Source: a virus
Length of the DNA: 64,000 nt
Strand: one strand, 5' to 3'
IMG/VR virus record: IMGVR_UViG_3300042695_002264
Location: 1 to 64,000 of that record
Both the position numbers and the translations under genes were made by a program. This document shows positions 45,931 through 55,600 of this stretch, piece after piece. Each line of letters begins with the position of its first letter. Within the stretch, counting starts at the first letter, position 1. The notes beneath the pieces are model-generated. The model saw only the letters and a list, made by a program, of their open reading frames with translations. It was not told the DNA's origin and made no database searches.

Positions 45931-46227
45931 TTAACTTTTAAATTTGTCATAATTTTTAAGAGATTCTTCTAAAAGATTTGAAATTACATCATTTACAGAG
46001 ATGTCTTTTTCGCAAGATTCTTGGATAATAAACAAAAGCAATTCTTGTGGCCAACTATCCATGTCCAACTCCATCTTTACAAATGGTTTAATGGTGATAG
46101 CCCCAGTTTCTTCATCGACTTTCATTGAAAGTTTTTGATTTTTTTCCCAACCAAGTTCCTCCATTTCTTCTTCGGAGAATTGGATAAAAAGATCTTTTTT
46201 TTCTTGGACTTTTTTATGTTTTTCCAT
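45931..46227 (-). CDS. AbrB-like/ribbon DNA-binding candidate
   Basis: DLFIQF.EE.MEELGW....L......G.ITI. Confidence 0.55.
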   Translation of the reverse strand: MEKHKKVQEKKDLFIQFSEEEMEELGWEKNQKLSMKVDEETGAITIKPFVKMELDMDSWPQELLLFIIQESCEKDISVNDVISNLLEESLKNYDKFKS

Positions 46228-46238
46228 TCGCGTATTAT

Positions 46239-46604
46239 CTAACTATTTTCTTTCCATGTCAATAAATTTTTGTCACTAATTTGTATTTTATAATTTTTAT
46301 AGTAAAAAATTGTTTCTTCTGTTTCAAGTTTGGAGTGTAGGCTCTGCCAAAGTAAGTCAAGTAAAAGCGCAGCAGTATCTTCAAAAAGAAAATAGCCATC
46401 TAGAGATATCAATTGTTTTATCTGATCGTTTTGTTGGACGATATGATTTATATAATCCTCTATATTTTTTCTGGCCGCTTTCCATCTAGGATCCAAAGAT
46501 TCTATTGTGCGCGATTTTAATAATTCATTACGGAAATTATGATCAATCATGTTGGATAAATTACCAACAGTTTGATTATATGTATCTACGATTTCCTTTT
46601 TCAT
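46239..46604 (-). CDS. hypothetical protein
   Basis: Probable start MKKEIVD. Confidence 0.6.
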   Translation of the reverse strand: MKKEIVDTYNQTVGNLSNMIDHNFRNELLKSRTIESLDPRWKAARKNIEDYINHIVQQNDQIKQLISLDGYFLFEDTAALLLDLLWQSLHSKLETEETIFYYKNYKIQISDKNLLTWKENS

Positions 46605-46747
46605 ATCTAAGCCAACCAACTTCAAAAATAAAGTTTCCTAAGTATATGCTGTATTTTCTATAAAACCTAGATCGTATGATAAAAACTTTAAATGAGAAAT
46701 CTTTTTTGCGCCAGATTAGAAAATGATATTTTCCAAAATGAATGTTT

Positions 46748-47026
46748 TTAATATTTTTCGTTGTAGTCATCTGCAAAAATACTTTCTTTGCCATTTTTCA
46801 TTTGATCGAAACGTTCTTGGGAAAGGTTCATTTTAATAAAGTCAAGAATATGACTAGCCTCTTCATCTGTTAAGTGAAATTCTAAATTTTCACCATCAAA
46901 TTTTGACCCGTAATTAAATTCAAAATTAATTACAACATGCGGATCCAAATCCAAAAAAGATTTATCACTAAAATCAGAACGATATTCAACTTCTTCTGGT
47001 TCAAGTGGTTTTATTACTATTTTCAT
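46748..47026 (-). CDS. hypothetical protein
   Basis: 92 aa, coupled. Confidence 0.7.
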   Translation of the reverse strand: MKIVIKPLEPEEVEYRSDFSDKSFLDLDPHVVINFEFNYGSKFDGENLEFHLTDEEASHILDFIKMNLSQERFDQMKNGKESIFADDYNEKY

Positions 47027-47610
47027 TTTACAAAATACTTTAAGTATCTGCTGTTTTTATCAAGATATTGATCAATAGTCAAGAAAATTATGGGCATTTT
47101 TTTCCAGATACGCGGGTTTTCGTATGGTGTTGGATACCATTTTCTATAAATAAGTGCATATAAGTAAGCAAATAGATAAGAATTTGCTTTCTGTATATAT
47201 TCTTCCCTGCAGATATCTAGCTTATATTTTTTAATTTTTGCTATGGTTCTTTTTTCACAATCAAGTTCTAATGCAATTGTATTTTTAAAACCTTTGTCTC
47301 TGCGCTGTTCGCTAATATTCTTTTTATTTATCCAAGCCTCTACAACGCATAGGCTTTCACTGTCTGAAACCCATAGTTTTGATTTTTCTAAAAACTGATC
47401 AAGATGGCAAGATTCATGAACAAGAACATCTAGCCACTCTCTAACGTTGTTTTTATTAGTTGCTACTACTAAATTTTTTTCATCAAAATAGCCACTGCAT
47501 GGAAGGTTTTCTTGATCTACTTTATTAACATAATCTAAATGAAAAAACATTTTATTTTGAATGCATTTAAATGCTACGTCGCCAATAAGCTTTTTAATAT
47601 TTTTATTCAT
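47023..47610 (-). CDS. hypothetical protein with HExxH
   Basis: CSGYFD...LVHESCHLDQ...ELDCE. Confidence 0.75.
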   Translation of the reverse strand: MNKNIKKLIGDVAFKCIQNKMFFHLDYVNKVDQENLPCSGYFDEKNLVVATNKNNVREWLDVLVHESCHLDQFLEKSKLWVSDSESLCVVEAWINKKNISEQRRDKGFKNTIALELDCEKRTIAKIKKYKLDICREEYIQKANSYLFAYLYALIYRKWYPTPYENPRIWKKMPIIFLTIDQYLDKNSRYLKYFVK

Positions 47611-48395
47611 TTAATTTTGTATGTGGAAAATCTGCCATCTCTAATTTTCGCGTAGTCTTTTAGATTAGTGTCCATATTCCAGCTTTCATATTCTGTATTT
47701 ATTGCCGTTGCTGTTGGTTCTGGAACATAGCTGTGTCCAAAAACCTGCCTTCCAATATCTTTGGATGCATGAAATTCATTATGGTAATCAAGCCACAAAA
47801 GACCGCCAGTATTGTCTTGTCCACCACGAGCAATACCAACAGCAGAAATAAGTGAATTTTGACGATAGGTAGTGTTTCTAAAATTGAGCCATACATCTGG
47901 CAATACATCGTCAATAACTTGCTCAACGGTCATTCTGTATGGGATTTGACGATTTATCACCCCAGCATGAGAAAAAATCCAGCCTTGAGAACGATGTGCT
48001 ATTTTGAAATTTTCAATGAACCAATCATCCTTCAAGCCCTTATCATAAAAAACTTGCCTGAAGGTAGCAATTTTGCTTTTTGTAACGCCAGAACACCAAT
48101 ATGTAACGCTTGGCGCAACGCTTGAATAGCCTGTCTTTTTATTATTATAAATATAGGCAAGATCATGGTTTCCAACAAGGAATACCATTTTTTTATGTTT
48201 ATTGTTTTCCCAAACAAGATCCCGAACAAAAAGACAAGTATCTTTGAAGCTTGCTACTTTTGGTGGCTCATGAAAAGAATCAAACCAGTCTCCTAAAAAA
48301 ACTATTTCATCAAATGAATTAATATCTTCAACGGCAAAAATCTTTTTGACCGCATTGATGTCTTGATGAACGTCTGGAATGACAAGCGTGATCAT
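47607..48395 (-). CDS. calcineurin-like metallophosphoesterase
   Basis: PDVH, LGDWFD, GNHD, SHAG, FGHS. Confidence 0.88.
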   Translation of the reverse strand: MITLVIPDVHQDINAVKKIFAVEDINSFDEIVFLGDWFDSFHEPPKVASFKDTCLFVRDLVWENNKHKKMVFLVGNHDLAYIYNNKKTGYSSVAPSVTYWCSGVTKSKIATFRQVFYDKGLKDDWFIENFKIAHRSQGWIFSHAGVINRQIPYRMTVEQVIDDVLPDVWLNFRNTTYRQNSLISAVGIARGGQDNTGGLLWLDYHNEFHASKDIGRQVFGHSYVPEPTATAINTEYESWNMDTNLKDYAKIRDGRFSTYKIK

Positions 48396-48698
48396 ATATG
48401 GATTATACGCTTTTTTTGAAGTTTATGTCCAGATTCTTTTCAAGAGACGCTTTTTAAATGGAATCCACCAAAAAATAAATTTCATCTTCCATGTAAATTT
48501 GTAATTTAATGGATCTGCTGGAATTATAATTTTCTTGCGCTTTACTTCCAAAGTGCCAAAGAAGACAATTTAGAGTGTAGCCACAATGAAAAGTTTTGCC
48601 ATACGGATTGCTTGGCAGCAACTGGCTTAACAGTCTTTTTTGTGCTATTCTTTTTAGCTACTGTCTTTTTTGGTTTTACTGATGTTTTCTTTTTCATA

Positions 48699-49850
48699 TT
48701 AATTAAATCCTATTTTTGGTTTTTCTAAATTTTTAATATTTCCAATTAATTCCTCGTCTGATTTTGCATAAAATATATCTGCAAGAGTCATATTATCTTG
48801 TGCTTCTATATTTAAATCAAGTTTTTTTATTAATCTATCTGCATTTTCTTTATCTAATCCCATAAAAGAGTATTCAGCTTTTAGCCGCCCTTTTCTCAAA
48901 AGCGCTTCGTCAATATCCTGACGATCACAGTTGTAAGTAACAATTACATTTAATTTTAGCACATCACCCAAAATTCCATCAGTCATATTGAGCAGTGTTG
49001 ACACAAGAGATGGCTGATCTGATAGGCTACGTTTAGTAAGTGCTTTTTCAGCATCTTCAAGAATCAAAATACAATCTTGCTTTTTGCGAAGCAAGTTTAA
49101 AATTGCGGGATTGGTAATTTCATCTATGAATGATGTTGGGAAGAAAATAACATCTTTTTTAAGAACAGATGCAAGGTATCTAATATAAGTTGTTTTTCCT
49201 GTTCCTGGCAATCCATGAAACATGTAAAGGCCAGAATGGTTTTCATGCAATGATTTAATGATTTTTTTGTTTATATTGGCGAATTCATCACCATAATTAA
49301 AATCAATATCAAAAGTTTCTGGTAAGTTAATTTCAAATTTAGAAAATGAAAAATTTCCATACTCTTGATTTACCATGAATACTTTCGGCTTATTGTCCAG
49401 TATTAGAAAATCTTCAAATTCTTTGTTTGTACAAGCATGGCTTGATGGGTAATAAAATGCTAATTTGCACTTATCACGTTCGCTTTTTGCATCTCCGATG
49501 GTAACTTGTATAAAATTATCTTTATAAAAATAAAAGCTGCCCTCTTCATAATCTAGGTTTGGAAGTATCATTTCTCCACCAATCATAAAGGGCTCATCTT
49601 CACTTTCATCACGCAAGGCTTTTTCTATTTTAACCTCTTCGCCAGATTGGATTAGTTTTGCTTTATTCTTTTTTAAATAACTTAATACTTTATCAAGATC
49701 AAAAAAATCTCTGTATCTTTTATAACTTGGCGCAGCGCCATCATAAATATGGCAAATAAGCGGCATTGGGTTAAGAAACTCAGAGTGAAAAAGATGATAC
49801 GGATCTAGCGTGGATAGATGCTCTTTTGGGATTTTGTATGTTTTATCCAT
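48699..49850 (-). CDS. AAA+ ATPase
   Basis: HGLPGTGKT, ILEDAE, LLN.TDG.LGD, ID.ALLRKGRL. Confidence 0.88.
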   Translation of the reverse strand: MDKTYKIPKEHLSTLDPYHLFHSEFLNPMPLICHIYDGAAPSYKRYRDFFDLDKVLSYLKKNKAKLIQSGEEVKIEKALRDESEDEPFMIGGEMILPNLDYEEGSFYFYKDNFIQVTIGDAKSERDKCKLAFYYPSSHACTNKEFEDFLILDNKPKVFMVNQEYGNFSFSKFEINLPETFDIDFNYGDEFANINKKIIKSLHENHSGLYMFHGLPGTGKTTYIRYLASVLKKDVIFFPTSFIDEITNPAILNLLRKKQDCILILEDAEKALTKRSLSDQPSLVSTLLNMTDGILGDVLKLNVIVTYNCDRQDIDEALLRKGRLKAEYSFMGLDKENADRLIKKLDLNIEAQDNMTLADIFYAKSDEELIGNIKNLEKPKIGFN

Positions 49851-49859
49851 AAATTTAAA

Positions 49860-49932
49860 TGGAGGTGACAGGGCTCGAACCTGCTACCTTGACCTTGCAA
49901 AGGTCCTGCTCTACCAGATGAGCTACACCCCC
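49860..49932 (-). tRNA. tRNA-Ala(TGC)
   Basis: Acceptor gggggtg/cacctcc; loop ttTGCaa. Confidence 0.9.
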
Positions 49933-49937
49933 TAAAA

Positions 49938-50012
49938 TGGTGGACAGTGAGGGGATCGAACCCCCGACCAACTCGGTGTAAACGAGCCGCTCTACCGCTG
50001 AGCTAACTGTCC
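49938..50012 (-). tRNA. tRNA-Val(TAC)
   Basis: Acceptor ggacagt/actgtcc; loop ttTACac; ACCA end. Confidence 0.92.
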
Positions 50013-50015
50013 ATG

Positions 50016-50099
50016 TGGGAGTGGATGGATTCGAACCAACTAAGCCAAAAGGCGACAGATTTACAGTCTGTTGTAACTCTCCAACTTTACCGCGCTCCC
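50016..50099 (-). tRNA. tRNA-Tyr(GTA)
   Basis: Anticodon arm acaga-ctGTAaa-tctgt; variable arm. Confidence 0.88.
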
Positions 50100-50147
50100 A
50101 ATTCATACTATTAGTATACAATTTTTGTATTAAAATGTCAAATAAAA

Positions 50148-50224
50148 TGGCGTTCCCAGCAGGGATCGAACCTGCAACCTACAGCTTAGAAGGCTGTTGC
50201 TCTCTCCAGTTGAGCTATGGGAAC
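50148..50224 (-). tRNA. tRNA-Arg(TCT)
   Basis: Anticodon arm acagc-ctTCTaa-gctgt; GCCA end. Confidence 0.92.
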
Positions 50225-50231
50225 GTAATTA

Positions 50232-50618
50232 TTAAATTTTAGGCAAAATCAGCACTAGTCCCTCATGAACTTCTCTATGGCAGTTGGCGCACAATAGAAT
50301 ACATGGGGTGTTATTAATTTCATCTTTATATTTTTGCTGATTATTGTCCCTACCTATTCGTGAAAATTCCAGCGTTTTACCTGCGGGATCAACGTGATGC
50401 ACCTCTAGACCGGATAGGCACTTGTTATAGCCACAAATTTGACATTCACCACCCATGTATTCCATTAAAAAATATTTATTGTCTTTTCTTATATCACTTT
50501 TTCGCATATTTTTGCATGGTTTGCATTTGTAATATTTTTTATCACCAACAACTTTATTAAGTTCATGCAATACATCTCCATGTACTTTGCAATTTTTGAT
50601 TATTGATTTAGCATTCAT
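50232..50618 (-). CDS. HNH endonuclease within the tRNA cluster
   Basis: CK.HG...CKPC; GGECQICGY...LEVHH.DP..K...C.LLCANCHREVH; start MNAK after tRNA-Asn. Confidence 0.85.
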   Translation of the reverse strand: MNAKSIIKNCKVHGDVLHELNKVVGDKKYYKCKPCKNMRKSDIRKDNKYFLMEYMGGECQICGYNKCLSGLEVHHVDPAGKTLEFSRIGRDNNQQKYKDEINNTPCILLCANCHREVHEGLVLILPKI

Positions 50619-50623
50619 TAATT

Positions 50624-50698
50624 TGGCTGTCGAGGTAGGATTCGAACCTACAACCAATGAGTTAACAGCTCATCGCTCTACCATTGAGCTACTCGACA
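50624..50698 (-). tRNA. tRNA-Asn(GTT)
   Basis: Anticodon arm atgag-ctGTTaa-ctcat; GCCA end. Confidence 0.92.
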
Positions 50699-51424
50699 TT
50701 ATTACTTATAATACAACTGTATGCGCTCAGGGTCAATTTTTTCTTCTTATATAAAGCACAGCTTGCTCTTCATAAAAGCACCTAATAAGCGTTTTATCTC
50801 CCGAATATCCTTTTAAATAGTAATTTCTCCAAATTGGGAATAAGTTGAATCTCCATTGTGGCACATAGTATCTTTGCTCATTCTCAATGATTTTTTTAAC
50901 TCTATAGCTGTATAAAAAATTCATACATACTATTACACCATAATTTGTAAAATTAAAAAAAATAGCAGACTATACTATGATAGCCTGCTATTTTAATACT
51001 TTTAAATACGGGTTTTTATTTAACAGCAGCGACTGTAGTTTTGCCGCATGGCTGACAAGGCTTTTTGGAAGCACAGGCTGCCAATGCAACAACTACAACG
51101 ATTGATAGAATAATATTTTTCATAAGGCCTTATTATATAATGTTTATTAAATAAGTCAAATATTTTGTTGGTTAAAAATAATAAAATGGTAATGAAGTGT
51201 TTTACTCTAGAAATTGTCACTTCTTCAACGAGTTCTGGCATGGAGCCAGATGCATCGTCATAGCTTGTATTTTAATAATGATACTTTCGTAGCTTCCCAT
51301 GACTTTTTGCTCAGTATCGGACCATTCTTATCAATCACCAACAAGCAACTTCAGTTTGGCTGATCAAGAATATGCGTCATGAACTTGATCGTATAAATTA
51401 TACTACGTTTTTTTAAATGGAAAG

Positions 51425-51610
51425 TCAATCTTTTTTCTTTTTTCTTTCTCTGACCCATTTATTTTTAAATCTCATAGTCCAATCTATCAATGCATAGGCA
51501 AATCCAACATCGCGCCCAGCCTTTTCACTCTCGTACCACTTATGCTTCATTATCTCCTCTTTTTGCGCCAAGAATTCTCGATATAATGATGTTTCTGCGA
51601 TATTCATCAT
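51425..51610 (-). CDS. DUF4032-like small protein
   Basis: SLYREF....EEI.KHKW.ESEKAGRDVGF..AL.DW. Confidence 0.75.
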   Translation of the reverse strand: MMNIAETSLYREFLAQKEEIMKHKWYESEKAGRDVGFAYALIDWTMRFKNKWVRERKKKKD

Positions 51611-51805
51611 ACTCTATATTACACTAATATAATAGGATCGCAACAATACTTGCAATTATTAGTATTGCTGCAAATGTAAAACAACATAAATCCATAACTT
51701 GTATGAATTTATCTTTAAATGTAGGATCCGCTCTCACTCTATAGTTTAGTACGAACGCAACAATATTTAATTAATTAAATTTCCTCCTTTCTTGTTTTGG
51801 TTAAG

Positions 51806-51876
51806 CTGGCTCGCTACGATTTGAACGTAGAAAAGTTCCTCCAAAGGGAACCGTGATACCGTTTCACCACGAGCCA
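51806..51876 (-). tRNA. tRNA-Gln(TTG)
   Basis: Acceptor tggctcg/cgagcca; anticodon arm gttcc-ctTTGga-ggaac. Confidence 0.85.
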
Positions 51877-51919
51877 ATATTGTTGTAACTATATATTACA
51901 TTAAAATAGCTTAATCTTC

Positions 51920-52210
51920 TTAAAAATCAAAGAATTCTTGCCGCTCTCGATCTTGATGACACATCTCCTCTTTGATCATTTTTTCTAGCTTGTGTTCTAA
52001 AAAATCTAGAGCTTTATCGTATGTCTCGAAATCTTCATCAATTTCGTCTGCTACGTAACCATGATGTTGAACGCAGTATGTTTGATTTTGGCCATAACTC
52101 CAAACTGTATTGATGTAAAAATGGCAATCACGATCTTTATGGTGATCCTTACCAATTAACTTATACCATTCATCTGTTAATTGTGTTATTTTTTTAAGCT
52201 TGTCTTTCAT
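51920..52210 (-). CDS. hypothetical protein
   Basis: Probable start MKDKLK; DHHKDRDCH motif. Confidence 0.7.
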   Translation of the reverse strand: MKDKLKKITQLTDEWYKLIGKDHHKDRDCHFYINTVWSYGQNQTYCVQHHGYVADEIDEDFETYDKALDFLEHKLEKMIKEEMCHQDRERQEFFDF

Positions 52211-52212
52211 AA

Positions 52213-52611
52213 TTATCCCAAAGTACAAAGATCAAAATCAATCAATACGGGTTTATTTCTAATCTTGCCAACATTATCAGAGAAAAGATCATATGTACTC
52301 CATCCCATTGATGAAACATTTTTTCTTAACGCGGACATTTCTTCATTATTAAGCCCACCCTGCATTGCGTGTTCAGTAACATAATAAAAATAGCGTCCTT
52401 TGGTTCCCATAAATAATGGTTTGGGGCCAAAGCCCATTTTGTGGGCAGCATCTTGTCGAAAAAAGCATCCCTTACATTTTAGTTGACTGGTATAGAATTT
52501 TACACCATATCGCCCACTAATTTGAATGTAGTACCGAACAGTTGCGGAATCTGTTTGTTCATAAAACCGCAAATTGATTTTGTTGATGATTTTTTTAAGT
52601 TTAGCAATCAT
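52213..52611 (-). CDS. minimal protein-kinase-like protein
   Basis: GVKF...G.GP...YYVTE...DL..DNVG....PVLIDF. Confidence 0.55.
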   Translation of the reverse strand: MIAKLKKIINKINLRFYEQTDSATVRYYIQISGRYGVKFYTSQLKCKGCFFRQDAAHKMGFGPKPLFMGTKGRYFYYVTEHAMQGGLNNEEMSALRKNVSSMGWSTYDLFSDNVGKIRNKPVLIDFDLCTLG

Positions 52612-52931
52612 GGCTCACAAACAAGAAGTGCAAGACTATTTCCGCTAAAAAACTCTTCTACTGTTTTTTTTGCTGTTTTGAAATCATATTTTCCATCGAC
52701 CCATTTGCAACCACGATCATAAGCAGTGGCTTCTTCAATTGAAGAATACTCCTCATAAACAAAATCTTCGCCACAGCACTTGCAAGTTACATTATCTGGA
52801 TCGCGCTTAAATAGTTCTTTAAAAGTCCTAACGGCTTCTCCAAGCGGCTCATCAATATATATGTGAGCATAAGGCGTCTTCAAATGACCACCACTATGCA
52901 TATCCATGAAACGTGTAACAGTTTTCTTCAT
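52608..52931 (-). CDS. hypothetical protein with CxCC
   Basis: FMDMHSGG...CKCCGEDF. Confidence 0.75.
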   Translation of the reverse strand: MKKTVTRFMDMHSGGHLKTPYAHIYIDEPLGEAVRTFKELFKRDPDNVTCKCCGEDFVYEEYSSIEEATAYDRGCKWVDGKYDFKTAKKTVEEFFSGNSLALLVCEP

Positions 52932-53888
52932 ACCACCATTATGGGATTTTTTACAAATTTTGTCAATAGAAAACTTGGTGTTTTTGTCGCACTTTGGACC
53001 AGATCAGAGTTGCGCCCCTGCTGGCATCAGTTAACAATTTTTCTTGATTATAGAGTTAACCTCAGAACACCTAACCATTTATACAAGAGTTTTGGCCCAT
53101 ATAGCCTTGGTTTACCCAGAACCTACGCTCTTTTTTTTAATTACATATGTGCGCGCACACTATGTGATCTTATTTACTGTGAAACCTATATCATAACGAT
53201 TATAGGGGGTAGAGTTGCATACCTTATAAGGCGATCCCATTTTTTGGCTGGTCATCGCCACACCACCATTTGCAAAATTTTAAAGAACTATTAATATTTA
53301 TACACACTCTTTATAAAAAGATCAATTATTTTTTAAAAATTTTTATTTCAAGAATGCGAAATTTTGTTCCCAAACCATGGCTTTTAAAATTTTCTACTTC
53401 TTGCGTTGCTTTTTTAACATTTTTATAATTGATAAAATCGTGCCTAATCCAAGATTTAAACAAGTGGCTCCAGCATTCAATTTGGTAGTATTTATTCATT
53501 TTAAAAAAGTATTTCAAGTCCAGTTTCACCATAGTCAGGCATCCCAACATCCATAGAGTGATTGCTGATATATGGTTGCGCCATTTTTCCTTTGATATTT
53601 AATCGCTCATTAATCGGATAAATTGCAGTAATAACGTGCTTGCCTTTGGTGAATTGCTGATTGCTATATTTAGTGCCTGTGACTTCACCCTTGACTTGAA
53701 TTTTATCCAGATGTTCGCATGCTGTCAGCAGAAGGCATAGTAGTATTATTGCTTTCATCGTTTTCGTTTTTTTTAGACCAGTCTATCAAATCATAATTAT
53801 CTTTGAATTTTTTGGAAAAGCAATTTCTTGGCTTATCGCCTTTTCCCGCCCCTTTATTTGATGCTTTTTCGCTCATAAATTTGTTAAA

Positions 53889-53960
53889 TAGAGGCAGTAG
53901 GACTTGAACCTACAACCCTCACCTTATCAAAGTGATGCTCTGCCATTGAGCTATGCCTCT
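53889..53960 (-). tRNA. tRNA-Ile(GAT)
   Basis: Acceptor agaggca/tgcctct; loop ttGATaa. Confidence 0.88.
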
Positions 53961-54011
53961 GCGTATTCATAGTTTAGATTATCTAAATTTTATTTAAATG
54001 TCAAAAAGAAA

Positions 54012-54093
54012 TGGGCATGAAGGGAGTCGAACCCCTACTCCTTACGGAACCAGATCCTAAGTCTGGCGCGGCTGCCAGTTACGCCACATGCCC
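54012..54093 (-). tRNA. tRNA-Leu(TAG)
   Basis: Anticodon arm ccaga-ctTAGga-tctgg; variable arm. Confidence 0.9.
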
Positions 54094-54095
54094 TT

Positions 54096-54362
54096 TTATT
54101 TGTTATACTTACACCAAGCATAGACAAGAATCAAGCACATAATTAAACCTACACAGTAGTTTAAAAACCACCACAGGCCAAATGTGCCCAAAAACATATA
54201 AATCATTCCTGAAATATACCCAACGATTGACATTAAAATTAGCATTAATGAAACATCTTTGGATGAATGATTTTTAAAAATTTTAACTATTTGTGGGATA
54301 TAGCAAAACATAAAAGCAAATGTCATTACTATCCCAGCAATCTCTCGCATTATCTCTTTCAT
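54096..54362 (-). CDS. PQ-loop/SemiSWEET-like 3-TM protein
   Basis: YIPQI.K..K..SSKDVS; three hydrophobic helices; 88 aa. Confidence 0.8.
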   Translation of the reverse strand: MKEIMREIAGIVMTFAFMFCYIPQIVKIFKNHSSKDVSLMLILMSIVGYISGMIYMFLGTFGLWWFLNYCVGLIMCLILVYAWCKYNK

Positions 54363-54557
54363 AGTGAATATGCCATTTCGTTATTCCATTCTGCAAACTC
54401 TTCAATTTCGTCGATAAGCTGCTTCTCCATAAATTCAATAAATGCAATATCATTACTCAATTCACGCTTGGCTATCAGCATAGTATCGGACAATTCTTCT
54501 TGTGGAATTGTAAGAAGCCAAAGAATAATTTTACCATATTGATTGACTTTGGTTTCT

Positions 54558-54896
54558 TTATTCATATTGCCCTCCAAACAATAAATCTATATCTTCATCT
54601 GATGCTTTTAAAATCCATTTGTTCATTTCGGGAATTCTATCTAAGTAGTTTAATATGTCTAGGTTATACTTTTCTGTGAGAAAAGGCAATATTATAAAAT
54701 AAAAGATGGATGGATCTTCGAGGTCGCCGTCACGAAACCAGCTTGGCATATTCCAATCAAATATATATTTTGAGTCATAGCCGTGATCGTCCATGAAGTT
54801 ATGGAACGTATTTACAAGATGATTTTTTGGTAGCTTATTGACAATTTTGCAGAAGCTGCAATTACAATCTTTTGTTTTGTGAGATTTCCCTTTCAT
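54558..54896 (-). CDS. hypothetical protein
   Basis: 112 aa, coupled. Confidence 0.65.
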   Translation of the reverse strand: MKGKSHKTKDCNCSFCKIVNKLPKNHLVNTFHNFMDDHGYDSKYIFDWNMPSWFRDGDLEDPSIFYFIILPFLTEKYNLDILNYLDRIPEMNKWILKASDEDIDLLFGGQYE

Positions 54897-55534
54897 TTTA
54901 TTTTATCTAAAAATATTGCCCAATCAGGATTAAGAGCTTTAATAAGTAAATGCGCGGTCATAGGTCTTGGATTTTTTAGTTTGTATTTTGGACTGTACCC
55001 ATGTTTGGACACAAATTCATCAATTGTCATGTCATTTTTTAAACGATTAATTTTTGATGATGTGATGGCAAGATTATCCCAAGAATTTTTGCCGCCTTTT
55101 GATTTTGGATGCAAATGATCAATTGTTGCTTCGTTATAGGTGAGCTTTTCCCCCGTCCAAAAATCAACGCCATCATAACGTTCGTAAAGATTCTTTTTTG
55201 TAGGTCTAAAAGTTTTAATTGGAAGTTTATTATAATTGCTTCCTACAATAGCCACTGTTGGAACGCGAATTTCAAGATTGATTGTGTGGATTGAAAACTC
55301 ATCGTGCTCTCTTGGTGACAATGTGACCCACTCATCCCAGCCAAGTGGGATAATTTCGCTTGGGCTAGCATAATCTGGCTCCCCATTATCATCTTCTAAA
55401 TACTCTATCTTAATGGCTTTTTTGGGGTAATTAGCAGAATTCATATCTTCCAATACTTTCTTAACTGGAAGCGTACAGATGGGCAACCAAGAAGCATTAA
55501 GCATTAAAACTTTATGATTTAGAATATTAATCAT
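54893..55534 (-). CDS. HNH endonuclease (McrA-like)
   Basis: VL.LNASW.P...TIDH..PKSKGGKNSWDNL.....N..K. Confidence 0.85.
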   Translation of the reverse strand: MINILNHKVLMLNASWLPICTLPVKKVLEDMNSANYPKKAIKIEYLEDDNGEPDYASPSEIIPLGWDEWVTLSPREHDEFSIHTINLEIRVPTVAIVGSNYNKLPIKTFRPTKKNLYERYDGVDFWTGEKLTYNEATIDHLHPKSKGGKNSWDNLAITSSKINRLKNDMTIDEFVSKHGYSPKYKLKNPRPMTAHLLIKALNPDWAIFLDKIK

Positions 55535-55600
55535 TTAAAAATAAAGATTAGAATTTTTTGGGTTAAAAGTAAAGATTATTTAATAATAAAAATGTAATGA

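Noticed and set aside
49855-50242. ORFs 49855..50121, 50015..50242, 15865..16059 and the 5' extensions of 34356..34760 and 50232..50657
   Set aside because: They overlap clear tRNA genes.
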